Below are positions 41,755-50,852 of a DNA stretch of 64,000 nucleotides, piece by piece (positions within the stretch are counted from its first letter, which is position 1; each line of letters opens with the position of its first letter). Origin of the DNA: Terriglobia bacterium (lineage in GTDB: Bacteria; Acidobacteriota; Terriglobia; Terriglobales; Acidobacteriaceae). The position numbers were made by a program, and so were the translations under genes. Under the pieces are notes generated by a model. It ran no database searches. It saw only the letters and a program-made list of their open reading frames with translations, and was not told the origin of the DNA. The stretch lies in the NCBI GenBank assembly GCA_020072845.1, contig JAIQGF010000011.1, positions 350,173 to 414,172 of the forward strand. The letters run 5' to 3'.

Positions 41755-42558
41755 ATGAAATACTGCCGACTGCTGATCAACAACGAACCTCAATTCGCGC
41801 TGGTGGAGACCGAAGGGTCCACGGGGCGGGAGCTGATCACCCGCGTCTTCAAGTCCGATGCGTGCGCGCGCATTCCCGACGAAGACGCGGCCTCGAAACG
41901 CATTGATCCCATCCCGCTCGAGGACGCCAAGCTGCTGACGCCGGTGCTGCCGTCGAAAATCGTCTGCGTGGGGCGCAATTACAAGGCGCATGCGCTCGAA
42001 TTGGGGAATGAGGTTCCCACCGAGCCACTGATCTTCTTCAAGCCGCCGTCGTCGCTGGCCGACCCCGGCGCGGAAATCCGCCTGCCCAAACTGTCGCAGA
42101 ACGTGCACTACGAAGGCGAGCTGGCGGTGGTGATCGGCAAGACCTGCTACCGCGTGCGCGAAGGCGAGGACGTGCGCGACTACATCTTCGGCTATACCAT
42201 CCTGAACGATGTCACCGCGCGCGACCTGCAGAAAAAAGAAAACCAGTGGGCTCGCGCCAAGGGCTTCGACACCTTCACTCCCGTCGGCCCGGTGGTGGTG
42301 GACGGGTTGGATCCGTGGGCGGGGATCGAGGTGGAAACCCGCATCAATTCCGAGGTTCGGCAGCACGGCACCACCGCCGATTTCATCTTCCCGCTGGATG
42401 TTATATTCCGCCACATCACCGCGGCCATGACGCTTGTGCCCGGCGATGTGATCGCTACTGGAACGCCCGAAGGCGTGGGGCCGTTGCACGCCGGCGATGT
42501 CGTGGAAATCACCATTCCGGGCGTGGGCACGCTGCGCAATTCCGTCGTAGACGAGTAG
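41755..42558 (+). CDS. fumarylacetoacetate hydrolase (FAH) family protein
   Basis: VGRNYKAHALELG, HYEGELAVVIGK and GDVIATGTPEGVG motifs. Confidence 0.9.
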   Translation: MKYCRLLINNEPQFALVETEGSTGRELITRVFKSDACARIPDEDAASKRIDPIPLEDAKLLTPVLPSKIVCVGRNYKAHALELGNEVPTEPLIFFKPPSSLADPGAEIRLPKLSQNVHYEGELAVVIGKTCYRVREGEDVRDYIFGYTILNDVTARDLQKKENQWARAKGFDTFTPVGPVVVDGLDPWAGIEVETRINSEVRQHGTTADFIFPLDVIFRHITAAMTLVPGDVIATGTPEGVGPLHAGDVVEITIPGVGTLRNSVVDE

Positions 42559-42570
42559 AAAGGCAATCGC

Positions 42571-42665
42571 GCAATTTGGTAATTGTGTAATTTGGTAATT
42601 TCGTAACTTGAAAATCAGACCTTCGTCCTGCGAAATTGCCAAATTACAAATTTACGAAATTACCC
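42571..42665. repeat. GTAATTT/GCAATTT word inverted pair
   Basis: GCAATTTGGTAATTGTGTAATTTGGTAATTTCGTAACTTG ... CGAAATTGCCAAATTACAAATTTACGAAATTACCC. Confidence 0.9.
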
Positions 42666-42694
42666 AATGGGTATCGGCGATAATTGAGTTCCAT

Positions 42695-43369
42695 ATGAAG
42701 TTCTTCATTGACACCGCCAACCTGAACGAAATCCGCGAGGCCAATGCGATGGGCATCCTCGACGGAGTCACCACCAACCCATCGCTCATCGCCAAAGAAG
42801 GCAAGCCGTTCAAGGACACGATCCTGGAGATCTGCAGCATCGTGGACGGGCCGGTCAGCGTGGAAGTGGTCGCGCTGGAGGCCAAGGGCATGGTGCGCGA
42901 GGCCGAAGAATTCGCCACCTGGCACAAGAATGTCGTGGTCAAGCTACCCACCACGAAAGAAGGCTTGAAAGCCTGCAAGACGCTTGCCGGGAAAGGCATT
43001 CGCACCAACCTGACCTTGTGCTTCTCGCCTAACCAGGCGCTGATGGTGGCCAAGGCGGGCGCCACCTACGTGAGCCCGTTTGTGGGACGGCTCGACGACA
43101 TCAGCCACGTCGGCATGGACCTGGTGCGCCAGATCGTGCACATCTACAACAACTACGGCTACAAGACGCAGGTGCTGGCAGCATCGCTGCGGCATCCGCT
43201 GCACGTGGTGGAAGCGGCGATGGCCGGCGCGCACGTTGCCACCATCCCGTTCAAGGTGCTGGACCTGATGATCAAGCATCCGCTTACCGATAAAGGGCTC
43301 GACGCGTTCCTGAAAGACTGGGAGAAGGTGAAGGCGCTGGCGGAAGCGGATCTGATTGCAAAGGGATGA
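42695..43369 (+). CDS. tal: transaldolase / fructose-6-phosphate aldolase (type 3B)
   Basis: [16 protein letters not shown]...GVTTNPSL...VKLPTT. 224 aa. Confidence 0.9.
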   Translation: MKFFIDTANLNEIREANAMGILDGVTTNPSLIAKEGKPFKDTILEICSIVDGPVSVEVVALEAKGMVREAEEFATWHKNVVVKLPTTKEGLKACKTLAGKGIRTNLTLCFSPNQALMVAKAGATYVSPFVGRLDDISHVGMDLVRQIVHIYNNYGYKTQVLAASLRHPLHVVEAAMAGAHVATIPFKVLDLMIKHPLTDKGLDAFLKDWEKVKALAEADLIAKG

Positions 43370-43390
43370 CCAGGGCGGGGATGTTCGACG

Positions 43391-43423
43391 CGGCGCGGCG
43401 CAGGTCGCGCCGTTTGCTTTTTT
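43391..43423 (+). terminator. rho-independent terminator of tal
   Basis: CGGCGCG (8-nt loop) CGCGCCG TTTGCTTTTTT. Confidence 0.7.
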
Positions 43424-43551
43424 GTGTGGTCCACCCCGCACCCGAATCGTAACCTCGCATATCCGGCATCTAAGAGGTAAGCTGAATCCATTGGCGTCGG
43501 GGGACGTAATACTTTGCACGCAGGACCGGCCGGTTTGTTCCTGAGATTCGT

Positions 43552-43947
43552 ATGAGCGCGCTTCGTATGTATGCGGCGGTGACGGCAGGAGCGGCCGCGG
43601 CTGCCGCGGGGGTGTGGCAGTGGATCCGCAGCCACCGCATGACGCCCGAACAGCGGGAGCGGCAACGCCGCGAACGCCTGGCGCAAATGGGCCGCATCTG
43701 CGACGGCACCGTGCTCGACGTGCAGGAAATCAGCGCCAACGGCCACGGCCCCACCCAACTGCTCATTTATTCCTACGATGTCGGCGGCGTGTCGTACGAG
43801 GCGTCGCAGGACATCACCCACCTGCGCCAGTTGCTTGACATTCACTCCTTCAAGCTGGGCCTGTCCGCCTCCGTCCGGTACGATCCGCAGAATCCTGGCA
43901 ACTCCATCGTGATCTCCGAGAGCTGGACCGGCATCGGCAGGCGTTGA
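43552..43947 (+). CDS. hypothetical membrane-anchored protein (DUF3592-like)
   Basis: N-terminal TM segment, then a beta-rich domain (GTVLDVQE...YSYDVGGVSYE). Confidence 0.5.
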   Translation: MSALRMYAAVTAGAAAAAAGVWQWIRSHRMTPEQRERQRRERLAQMGRICDGTVLDVQEISANGHGPTQLLIYSYDVGGVSYEASQDITHLRQLLDIHSFKLGLSASVRYDPQNPGNSIVISESWTGIGRR

Positions 43948-43948
43948 A

Positions 43949-44049
43949 GCAGGCTTTCGGCGCTAGGCTTTGGGCGCTAGGCTTTCCAATTTAAAATGTG
44001 GAATTTCTAAAACCTAAAACCTAAAGCCTAAAGCCTAAAGCCTAAAGCC
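43949..44049. repeat. AGGCTTT / CCTAAAG heptamer-word inverted pair
   Basis: GCAGGCTTTCGGCGCTAGGCTTTGGGCGCTAGGCTTTCC ... AAAACCTAAAACCTAAAGCCTAAAGCCTAAAGCCTAAAGCC. Confidence 0.9.
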
Positions 44050-44051
44050 TT

Positions 44052-44894
44052 CTAGCGCCGCTTTGCCGGCCGTTTGTTGGGGTCGTAGGTGATGGCCGCC
44101 TGGAACAGCGAGTCGGGCAAGTCGGCGTTGTAGCGCACGTTGGTGATGAAGCGCTGGTTGGTGGTATCGCCGTTGTGGGTGCGCAGCAGGCTGTGCGGCG
44201 TCATGATGCCCTGCTCGAGGCGCCAGTTGTCGAAGATCTCGCCTTCAACGTTCTTCAGGCGGTCGGCCGGATCGCGCCACTCGAACATTTTCTTGATCGG
44301 CAAATGGGTGTGGTTGTCGAGGAAGAGCGTGACGGAATCATTGTCGGCGGTCAGGATGGTGACCGAGTCGGCGGGCTTTTGCTCGGCCACGGCGGGGCCG
44401 TCGTAGAAGAGCGCGATGCCCGGTTGGTTCAGCCATTGGCGCAGGACGACCTCGAGCGAATGGCGCTGGCGGCGGTTGTAGTCGGCGAGTTGATCGGGTT
44501 CCATGGCGGCTGTGCCCTTGTAGGTGATTTCGTACCCGTTCTCGCCGACGTTGATGAAGACCACGTCGCGCTGCTTGGTGAGCTCGATACGCTCCTTGTC
44601 GGGATATTTCCAAAACCTCCAGAACAGGGTGCCGAGACTGTTCGGCTGGCCGTGTGAGTAGGCGTACGCACGCCCTTGCTGCTCCATCTCCTGAAGGTTG
44701 AGCCAGGCTTGACCGCCCAAGGCTTGAATGCATTCCTCGAGCAGCGAGCGGGCCTGGCGCGCATTGGCATCCTGCGAGGATTGCGGTGAACTTGTCGCAG
44801 AGGACGCGGAGGGCGCAGAGGATTGGGGGACGGCCTGAGCGGCGGCTGCAACAGCACACACGACGAAAAGCACGGTGACGATGGAAGGCTTCAT
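44052..44894 (-). CDS. hypothetical secreted protein
   Basis: Signal peptide MKPSIVTVLFVVCAVAAAAQA. 280 aa. No confident family. Confidence 0.6.
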   Translation of the reverse strand: MKPSIVTVLFVVCAVAAAAQAVPQSSAPSASSATSSPQSSQDANARQARSLLEECIQALGGQAWLNLQEMEQQGRAYAYSHGQPNSLGTLFWRFWKYPDKERIELTKQRDVVFINVGENGYEITYKGTAAMEPDQLADYNRRQRHSLEVVLRQWLNQPGIALFYDGPAVAEQKPADSVTILTADNDSVTLFLDNHTHLPIKKMFEWRDPADRLKNVEGEIFDNWRLEQGIMTPHSLLRTHNGDTTNQRFITNVRYNADLPDSLFQAAITYDPNKRPAKRR

Positions 44895-44942
44895 AGGTGA
44901 AGTGCTTATTTTAGACGCTCGCGGGGCGCAATAGCTGTTCCG

Positions 44943-45054
44943 GAGTCTTCAGCCTTGAGTCTTCAGTCGTCAGGAAAGCGGGATTCGGGCGCTGCACAAT
45001 CGACGACGGGACACTATCCCACGTGCTGAAGACTGACGACTGACGACCGAAGAC
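44943..45054. repeat. CAGTCNT heptamer-word inverted pair
   Basis: GAGTCTTCAGCCTTGAGTCTTCAGTCGTCAGG ... CTGAAGACTGACGACTGACGACCGAAGAC. Confidence 0.85.
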
Positions 45055-45836
45055 TATCCGACCAACACCGCGCCGCCGTTGACATTAAGAATTTCGCCGG
45101 TGATGAACCCAGCGTGTTCCGTGCAGAGGAAGAGAATGGGCGCGGCGATCTCTTCCGGCGTGGCGACGCGGCGCAGCGGGATGGTGGCGAACACTTTATC
45201 GCGGGTGGCGGGATCATTGAGCGCGGGCGCGGCCATGTCGGTTGCAACCCATCCGGGAGCGACGCAGTTGACGCGGATGAGGTCGCGCGCCAGTTCGGTC
45301 GAAAGCCCCTTGACCATGCTGATGACGGCGCCCTTGGTGGCGGCGTAGTCGCAATGGAAGGCTTCGCCGCGCTGGCCGGCGGTGGAGCTGACCAGCACGA
45401 TGTGCCCGCCGCGCGCCTGCTTTTTCATCTGCGCCACCGCATGCTTCACCAGGCCGAAAACACTGTCGAGGTTGATGGCGATGGTGTCATGCCACTGGCG
45501 GTCGCTCATGCGGTCCACGGCAACGTCTTCCGGCGGCCAGATTCCATGATTGGCGACGAGAATGTCCAGGCCGCCGAAGCGCTGGGTGGCCTGCTCCACG
45601 AATTCGCGCGCCGATTCGACACTGCGCAGATCGGCCCGAACGGCGGCGCAGCGATCTTTGTTTCTGCCGCATTCGCTGACGACGCGCTCCGCGGCCGTAC
45701 GATTCTTCCGGTAATTGAACAGGACCCTGGCGCCGGCAGCGACGAACATCTTGACCGTGGCAGCGCCGATGCCGCGCGAGCCACCGGTGATGATGGCGAT
45801 GCGGTCTTGCAGGGAAAGCGTGATTCCGTTTGGCAT
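45054..45836 (-). CDS. SDR-family oxidoreductase (FabG-like)
   Basis: ITGGSRGIGAA cofactor motif and YAATKGAV catalytic motif. ORF trimmed to the ATG at 45836. Confidence 0.9.
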   Translation of the reverse strand: MPNGITLSLQDRIAIITGGSRGIGAATVKMFVAAGARVLFNYRKNRTAAERVVSECGRNKDRCAAVRADLRSVESAREFVEQATQRFGGLDILVANHGIWPPEDVAVDRMSDRQWHDTIAINLDSVFGLVKHAVAQMKKQARGGHIVLVSSTAGQRGEAFHCDYAATKGAVISMVKGLSTELARDLIRVNCVAPGWVATDMAAPALNDPATRDKVFATIPLRRVATPEEIAAPILFLCTEHAGFITGEILNVNGGAVLVG

Positions 45837-45843
45837 AAGCGAA

Positions 45844-45877
45844 CATTGAACCGCAAAGGACGCGAAGGACGCAACGG
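45844..45877 (+). repeat. AACCGC-decamer word arm (solo)
   Basis: CATTGAACCGCAAAGGACGCGAAGGACGCAACGG. Shares CATTGAACCGCAAAG with 41588. Confidence 0.8.
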
Positions 45878-45930
45878 ATTGTAGAGGGTTGCTGCGCCTA
45901 CCTGCGGGTGCGTGCGGCGCAGAAACACAA

Positions 45931-46081
45931 GGTCCCTCGACTCGGATGCGCCAAAGTACCCCACGGCGCGCAAAACCGGCGCGCCGCGGGGGCCCCGCCA
46001 ACCCGCGCGGCCCTTCGGCCGCGCTCAGGGCAGGCTCCAGCGGGCGCGCTGGTTCGGTGGCGCATCCTCGCTCGGGATGAT
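45931..46081 (+). repeat. GGTCCCTCGACTCGG ... CTCAGGGCAGGCTC ... CTCGCTCGGGATGA composite element
   Basis: Same end and core motifs as the 63-bp copy inside mnmG (54996-55058), with extra GC-rich hairpin segments inserted. Confidence 0.7.
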
Positions 46082-46096
46082 ATCGGTGAAAGCAAT

Positions 46097-46134
46097 GGCT
46101 GAGGCTGAGAGCTGATGGCTGATAGCTGACAGCT
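46097..46134 (+). repeat. GCTGANN heptamer array
   Basis: GGCTGAGGCTGAGAGCTGATGGCTGATAGCTGACAGCT. Reverse-complement word family of 2345-2374. Confidence 0.85.
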
Positions 46135-46936
46135 ATTTCGGCAACGATTCGAAATCCGGCACCGGCGTGCGCGGCTGGTCGTGGCGCAGGAGCGCGGCCT
46201 GGATGAAGGCCTGGAAGATGGCGCGCGAGGGCTCGTCATCGGCGAAGCTGCGTTCCGGATGCCACTGCACGGCGACCACGAAGTGATCGGGCTCGGTGCC
46301 CTCGAGAGCTTCAATGGTGCCGTCGTCGGCGCGGGCGACCACGCGCAGGCCGTCGCCCACGACCTCCGCAGCCTGGTGGTGGCTGGAGTTCACGACCAGG
46401 GAAATTCTCTGCTGCGGCTTGTCTTGAGTGTAGCCACAAAGTCCGGCGGCGAACTCCTTGAACGGAGCGACAATTCCCGCCAGTCGTGAGCCGTGCTCGA
46501 CGGTGACGGTGTGCGCACGCGGCTGTTCGCGCCCGACGGCGTGATTGATCCCAGTGGTGAGGTGCTGCGCCAGCGTTCCCGAGCGCCAGACATTCAGCGC
46601 CTGCAATCCGTAGCAGATGGCGAGGATGGGCTTGCGCATATTAAACGCGTCCTGCAAAAGGAGCTCGTCGGCGTTGTCGCGGGCGGGATCGGCGGGGGCG
46701 GTGTGCGGGCCGCGCGCCGCGCCGTATTTTTCCGGGTCAAGATCGGCCTTGCTGCCGGGCAGGAGGATGGCGTCGCAGCGCTTGGCCGCTTGCGCGATCT
46801 GCTGGTTCGTCCATTCCAGCGGGACCGCGATGGGCTCGCCGCCGGCCTGGCGCACTGCCTGCTCGTATTGCACCAGGGCACGCTGCGCGTAATCGTGCTC
46901 GGAGTGCGGGACGGGAATGGCGATGCGGGGTCGCAT
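46133..46936 (-). CDS. class I glutamine amidotransferase / gamma-glutamyl-GABA hydrolase-like (peptidase C26)
   Basis: ILAICYGLQ nucleophile elbow and WHPE motif. Confidence 0.85.
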   Translation of the reverse strand: MRPRIAIPVPHSEHDYAQRALVQYEQAVRQAGGEPIAVPLEWTNQQIAQAAKRCDAILLPGSKADLDPEKYGAARGPHTAPADPARDNADELLLQDAFNMRKPILAICYGLQALNVWRSGTLAQHLTTGINHAVGREQPRAHTVTVEHGSRLAGIVAPFKEFAAGLCGYTQDKPQQRISLVVNSSHHQAAEVVGDGLRVVARADDGTIEALEGTEPDHFVVAVQWHPERSFADDEPSRAIFQAFIQAALLRHDQPRTPVPDFESLPK

Positions 46937-46939
46937 AAA

Positions 46940-46970
46940 GTGGCCAGTGTTCAGTGGTCAGTGGCCAGTG
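46940..46970 (+). repeat. CAGTGNN heptamer array
   Basis: GTGGCCAGTGTTCAGTGGTCAGTGGCCAGTG. Confidence 0.85.
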
Positions 46971-46989
46971 TAAACCCAACCAGGGCCGG

Positions 46990-47781
46990 TCATGAACCCG
47001 TCGTGGCTCCGGCGGAAACGCGCGGGTCGGGCACGCGGGAGCGGGCATAGTACAGGTCTTCGACCGCCTTGCGCACGCGGGCGGCAAGCACGTCCATGTC
47101 ACGCAGGCTGTAGCCGGCAGTCGAGATGGGCTCGCCGACGGCCAGCTCCATGGGACCGGGACGGATGTGGAAACTGTTCATGGGAAGCACTTCATAAGAG
47201 CCGACAATCGCCATGGGCACGACGTCCACGCCGGCCTTGATGGCGATGTAGAACGCGCCGCCCATGAACGGCTGGACCTGCCCGCTGGGAGAACGGCCGC
47301 CTTCGGGAAAGACCACCAGCGGCATGCCGCCTTGCAGGCTGCGGACGGCGTGCATCAGGCTGCGCATGGAAGCTGCGGCGCTGGCGGCGTCCACGGGAAT
47401 CTGCCCGGAGCGTCGCAGGTGCCAGCCCATGAACGGGTAGCGGAACAGCTCCTTCTTCGCCATGATGCGGAACTGGAACGGCAGGTGCTCGTAGAGGAGC
47501 GGGATGTCGAGCGCGGAAATATGATTGGCGGCAAAGACGTGCGGGCGCGCGCGATCGATGCGGTCCAGGCCGGTGACTTTTACCGGGGAGAAAACCGTGT
47601 GCAGGATCAGCCGCGACCAGAGCCGCGCAAAGCCGTGCTGGATGCGGCCGTCACGGTCAAACAGCGACGACAACAGCGAAAGGATGCCAAGAACGGCGGT
47701 GTACAGGTAAATGAGCGGGTCGAAGATGAAGATGGAGCGCGCCCAGCTCAGGGCATTCCAGGATTTGGACGAGGTCTTCAC
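46990..47781 (-). CDS. plsC: 1-acyl-sn-glycerol-3-phosphate acyltransferase
   Basis: NHISALD (HX4D) and FPEGGRS motifs. GTG start. Confidence 0.85.
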   Translation of the reverse strand: MKTSSKSWNALSWARSIFIFDPLIYLYTAVLGILSLLSSLFDRDGRIQHGFARLWSRLILHTVFSPVKVTGLDRIDRARPHVFAANHISALDIPLLYEHLPFQFRIMAKKELFRYPFMGWHLRRSGQIPVDAASAAASMRSLMHAVRSLQGGMPLVVFPEGGRSPSGQVQPFMGGAFYIAIKAGVDVVPMAIVGSYEVLPMNSFHIRPGPMELAVGEPISTAGYSLRDMDVLAARVRKAVEDLYYARSRVPDPRVSAGATTGS

Positions 47782-47785
47782 GCAT

Positions 47786-47854
47786 CAAGGCTCCAGGCTT
47801 CAGGCGCTAGGCTCAAGGCGATTGAGTTTCTCCTTGAGCCTTGTGCCTTGAACC
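47786..47854. repeat. AGGCTNN heptamer-word inverted pair
   Basis: CAAGGCTCCAGGCTTCAGGCGCTAGGCTCAAGGC ... CCTTGAGCCTTGTGCCTTGAACC. Confidence 0.85.
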
Positions 47855-47872
47855 GGATTCCCAACTCCTACG

Positions 47873-48031
47873 AGTCTGTGAGAGAACCGTGCCGCGCCGC
47901 TGGCGCTCGATAATTCCGATCCACCTTTCCCAGCGCTGCCGCGCTGGGCTAACGAATTCCGCCGCTCCGCGGCTGGATTATGAGTGCGTTTGGACCACTT
48001 CGCTTCCCGAAAGTGAGTTCTCACACAGACT
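47873..48031 (+). mobile_element. 159-bp MITE (copy E4) with 15-bp terminal inverted repeats and a 6-bp flanking direct repeat
   Basis: Left end AGTCTGTGAGAGAAC; the right end reverse-complements to AGTCTGTGTGAGAAC (14/15). CCTACG lies at 47867-47872 and 48032-48037. Internal three-hairpin core as in E1-E3. Confidence 0.8.
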
Positions 48032-48044
48032 CCTACGTGCCCAA

Positions 48045-50015
48045 TCAGTCCAGAGTTGCGGATTTATCCACAATCAGCTTGCGCAACCGCGCCTGAAATT
48101 CAGTGAACGGAACAGTTTCGGTCTTCTCCTTGCCGCGGGTGCGAACGTTCACCGAATTCGCTTCCGCTTCCTTGTCGCCGACAACCAGCAGGAACGGGAC
48201 CTTCTGCATCGCGTGCTCGCGGATCTTGGCGTTCATCTTCTCATTGCGCTGGTCAACCGCGACGCGCACATTGTCCGCCTGCAAGGCGTCGCCGATTTTG
48301 TTCGCGTATTCCGCGTGGCGTTCGCTGATGGGGATGATGGCCACCTGCACCGGCGACAGCCAGGTGGGAAACGCGCCCGCATAGTGCTCGATGAGCACGC
48401 CGAAGAAGCGTTCAATCGACCCATAGAGCGCGCGGTGCACCATCAGCGGCTGGTGGCGCTGGCCGTCCTCGCCGACGTACTCCAGGGCGAAGCGTTCGGG
48501 CAGCGAGAAATCGAACTGGATGGTGGAGAGCTGCCACAGGCGGCCGATGGCGTCCACCAGCTTGACGTCAATCTTGGGGCCGTAGAATGCGGCTTCGCCG
48601 GGTATGGTCTTGTACTCGATGTTGCGCCGGCGGAGCGCGCTCTCCAGCGATTTGTTGGCCAGCTCCCATTGCTCTGCACGGCCGAAGAAGTTCTTGCGGT
48701 CGTTGGGGTCCCAGGTGGAAAGCTCGACCTGGAACTTCTCGAAGCCGTAAACGCGCAGCACTTCCAGCGCGAAGTCCATGCAGGCGACGACCTCGTCCTC
48801 GATCTGCTCCGGAGTGCAGAAGATGTGGGCGTCGTCCTGGGTGAAGCCGCGAACGCGCAGCAGGCCGTGCATTACGCCGCTACGCTCGTAACGGTACACA
48901 GTGCCGAGCTCCCCCAAGCGCACCGGCAGATCGCGGTAGGAGCGGAGCTGGTCCTTGTAGATCAGGATGTGGAACGGGCAATTCATGGGCTTGATGCGGT
49001 AGTCGGAATCGTCAAGCTCCATGGGAGTGAACATGTTCTGCGCGTAGTAGCCTTCGTGGCCCGAAGTCTTCCACAAATCCACGCGCGCCACGTGCGGGGT
49101 GTAGACAAGGTCGTAACCGCGGCGGAGATACTCATCGCGCATCCAGTCTTCCATCTCCTTGCGGATGCGCCCGCCCTTGGGGTGCCAGAAGATGAGCCCC
49201 GGCCCGGCGATTTCCTGGATGGAAAACAGGTCGAGCTGCTTGCCCAGCACGCGGTGATCGCGCTTCTTGGCCTCTTCCTGCTGCTTGATGAATTCGTCCA
49301 GCTCTTTCCGAGAAAAAAACGAGGTGCCGTAGATGCGCTGGAGCTGCGGGTTCTTCTCGTCGCCCAGCCAGTAGGCGCCGGCGATGGTGAGCAGCTTGAA
49401 GGCCTTGATCTTGCCGGTGGAGGGGATGTGCGGCCCGCGGCAGAAATCCACGAACTTGCCGGTCTTGTAGAGCGAGATTTTTTCGTCGGGCTGGGTGAAC
49501 TGTTCGATGAAGTGGCACTTCATGAAATCACCCTCGCCCTTGAACTTCTCCAGACCTTCGACGCGCGGCAGCCACTCGCGCGCGTAGGGCTCGTTCCGGG
49601 CGACGATCTCCTGCATTTTTTTCTCGATCTTCTCCATGTCCTCGGGGGTGAAGGGGGTGGGACGGTAGAAGTCGTAAAAAAAGCCGGTCTCGGTGGCGGG
49701 ACCGTGGCCGAGCTTGGTCTCGGGGAAGAGTTCGAGCACGGCGGCGGCCATCAGGTGCGCGGACGAGTGCCGGTAAACCTGCAGCGCTTCGGGATCGCGG
49801 TCGGTGAGGATGCGGAGTTCGGAGTCGGCCTCCAGCGGCCTGGTCAGGTCAATCAGGTTGCCGTTGGTCTTGGCCGCCAGGGCGGCGTCGGCCAGGCGTG
49901 GCGAGATGGAGCGCGCGATGTCGAGCGCAGTGGTGCCCTTGGGCACTTCCTTAACGCTGCCGTCGGGCAGCTTGATGTGGATGATGCCGGCCTTCACTTC
50001 GACGCTGTCTGCCAT
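48045..50015 (-). CDS. thrS: threonine--tRNA ligase
   Basis: TGS N-domain, class II catalytic motifs, and an anticodon-binding C-domain. Confidence 0.97.
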   Translation of the reverse strand: MADSVEVKAGIIHIKLPDGSVKEVPKGTTALDIARSISPRLADAALAAKTNGNLIDLTRPLEADSELRILTDRDPEALQVYRHSSAHLMAAAVLELFPETKLGHGPATETGFFYDFYRPTPFTPEDMEKIEKKMQEIVARNEPYAREWLPRVEGLEKFKGEGDFMKCHFIEQFTQPDEKISLYKTGKFVDFCRGPHIPSTGKIKAFKLLTIAGAYWLGDEKNPQLQRIYGTSFFSRKELDEFIKQQEEAKKRDHRVLGKQLDLFSIQEIAGPGLIFWHPKGGRIRKEMEDWMRDEYLRRGYDLVYTPHVARVDLWKTSGHEGYYAQNMFTPMELDDSDYRIKPMNCPFHILIYKDQLRSYRDLPVRLGELGTVYRYERSGVMHGLLRVRGFTQDDAHIFCTPEQIEDEVVACMDFALEVLRVYGFEKFQVELSTWDPNDRKNFFGRAEQWELANKSLESALRRRNIEYKTIPGEAAFYGPKIDVKLVDAIGRLWQLSTIQFDFSLPERFALEYVGEDGQRHQPLMVHRALYGSIERFFGVLIEHYAGAFPTWLSPVQVAIIPISERHAEYANKIGDALQADNVRVAVDQRNEKMNAKIREHAMQKVPFLLVVGDKEAEANSVNVRTRGKEKTETVPFTEFQARLRKLIVDKSATLD

Positions 50016-50180
50016 GGAGAAACTCCGCGAGTACGGCTGAAAATATTGAGTTTAGAGGAAACGAGGGCGCGGCGCTAGGAGCGCGGGGATGTTCGGCGGG
50101 ATGGCGAGTGCAATTTCACAGTCGAAACAATTATAAGCGGAAAAAGGTGACTGGTGATAAGGGGATAGATCAGTTAGGTT

Positions 50181-50738
50181 CTATTCTTCTTCGGACAAGG
50201 CAAGTTCGACTACGCGGCCGTCTTTGAACGAGACGGTGAAATATTCTGGGATTTCACAGCTGCAGGCTGACTCATAGATCCATCGATTCGCGCTGACTCT
50301 CTCTTGCGGTTCCCCCAAGTTAACGAGCACATCGCTTTTGGACGAGCCCAAATGCAGCTCGTGCCACTTGCCGAAACCTTCCTGCGTGTCGAACCACTTG
50401 CTCACAGCAGCGTTACGTTCACTCCCTTTGATTGCACCGTCCACACCTTGGATGAATGTCAGTTCCTCGACGATTCGGTCGACGCCTTCAACGATGTGGA
50501 GCGTCGCCGTGTGCTTCGTGTCGACGAAATAGCGGCCTCCAGTGTGGCCTTCGTTCGGTCGAAACACGCCGGTGCCGAGGAGACGCTGCACCTGTGCATC
50601 TGTAGTTACTCCGACGGTGACGCCAGCGAAATTAAGCGGCCAGCACACAGTTCCCTTTCGCGGTGGCGTGGGGGCAGACTGCGCAATCGATAAGAGCGGC
50701 CCTGTGGCAACGATAACAACGAGAAGCAGCATACGCAT
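50181..50738 (-). CDS. hypothetical secreted protein in a lower-GC islet
   Basis: Signal peptide MRMLLLVVIVATGPLLSIAQS. 185 aa. Local GC is visibly lower than the flanks. Confidence 0.55.
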   Translation of the reverse strand: MRMLLLVVIVATGPLLSIAQSAPTPPRKGTVCWPLNFAGVTVGVTTDAQVQRLLGTGVFRPNEGHTGGRYFVDTKHTATLHIVEGVDRIVEELTFIQGVDGAIKGSERNAAVSKWFDTQEGFGKWHELHLGSSKSDVLVNLGEPQERVSANRWIYESACSCEIPEYFTVSFKDGRVVELALSEEE

Positions 50739-50852
50739 GGCGTCACTGTATGCGCGCGGCGGAAGATTGTCGAGAATAGCTCAGATCACCACCGACGCGG
50801 TCATTCGCACACAACTATTTGTTTATACTGGGCCGCTTGATAAGGAGGAGAA

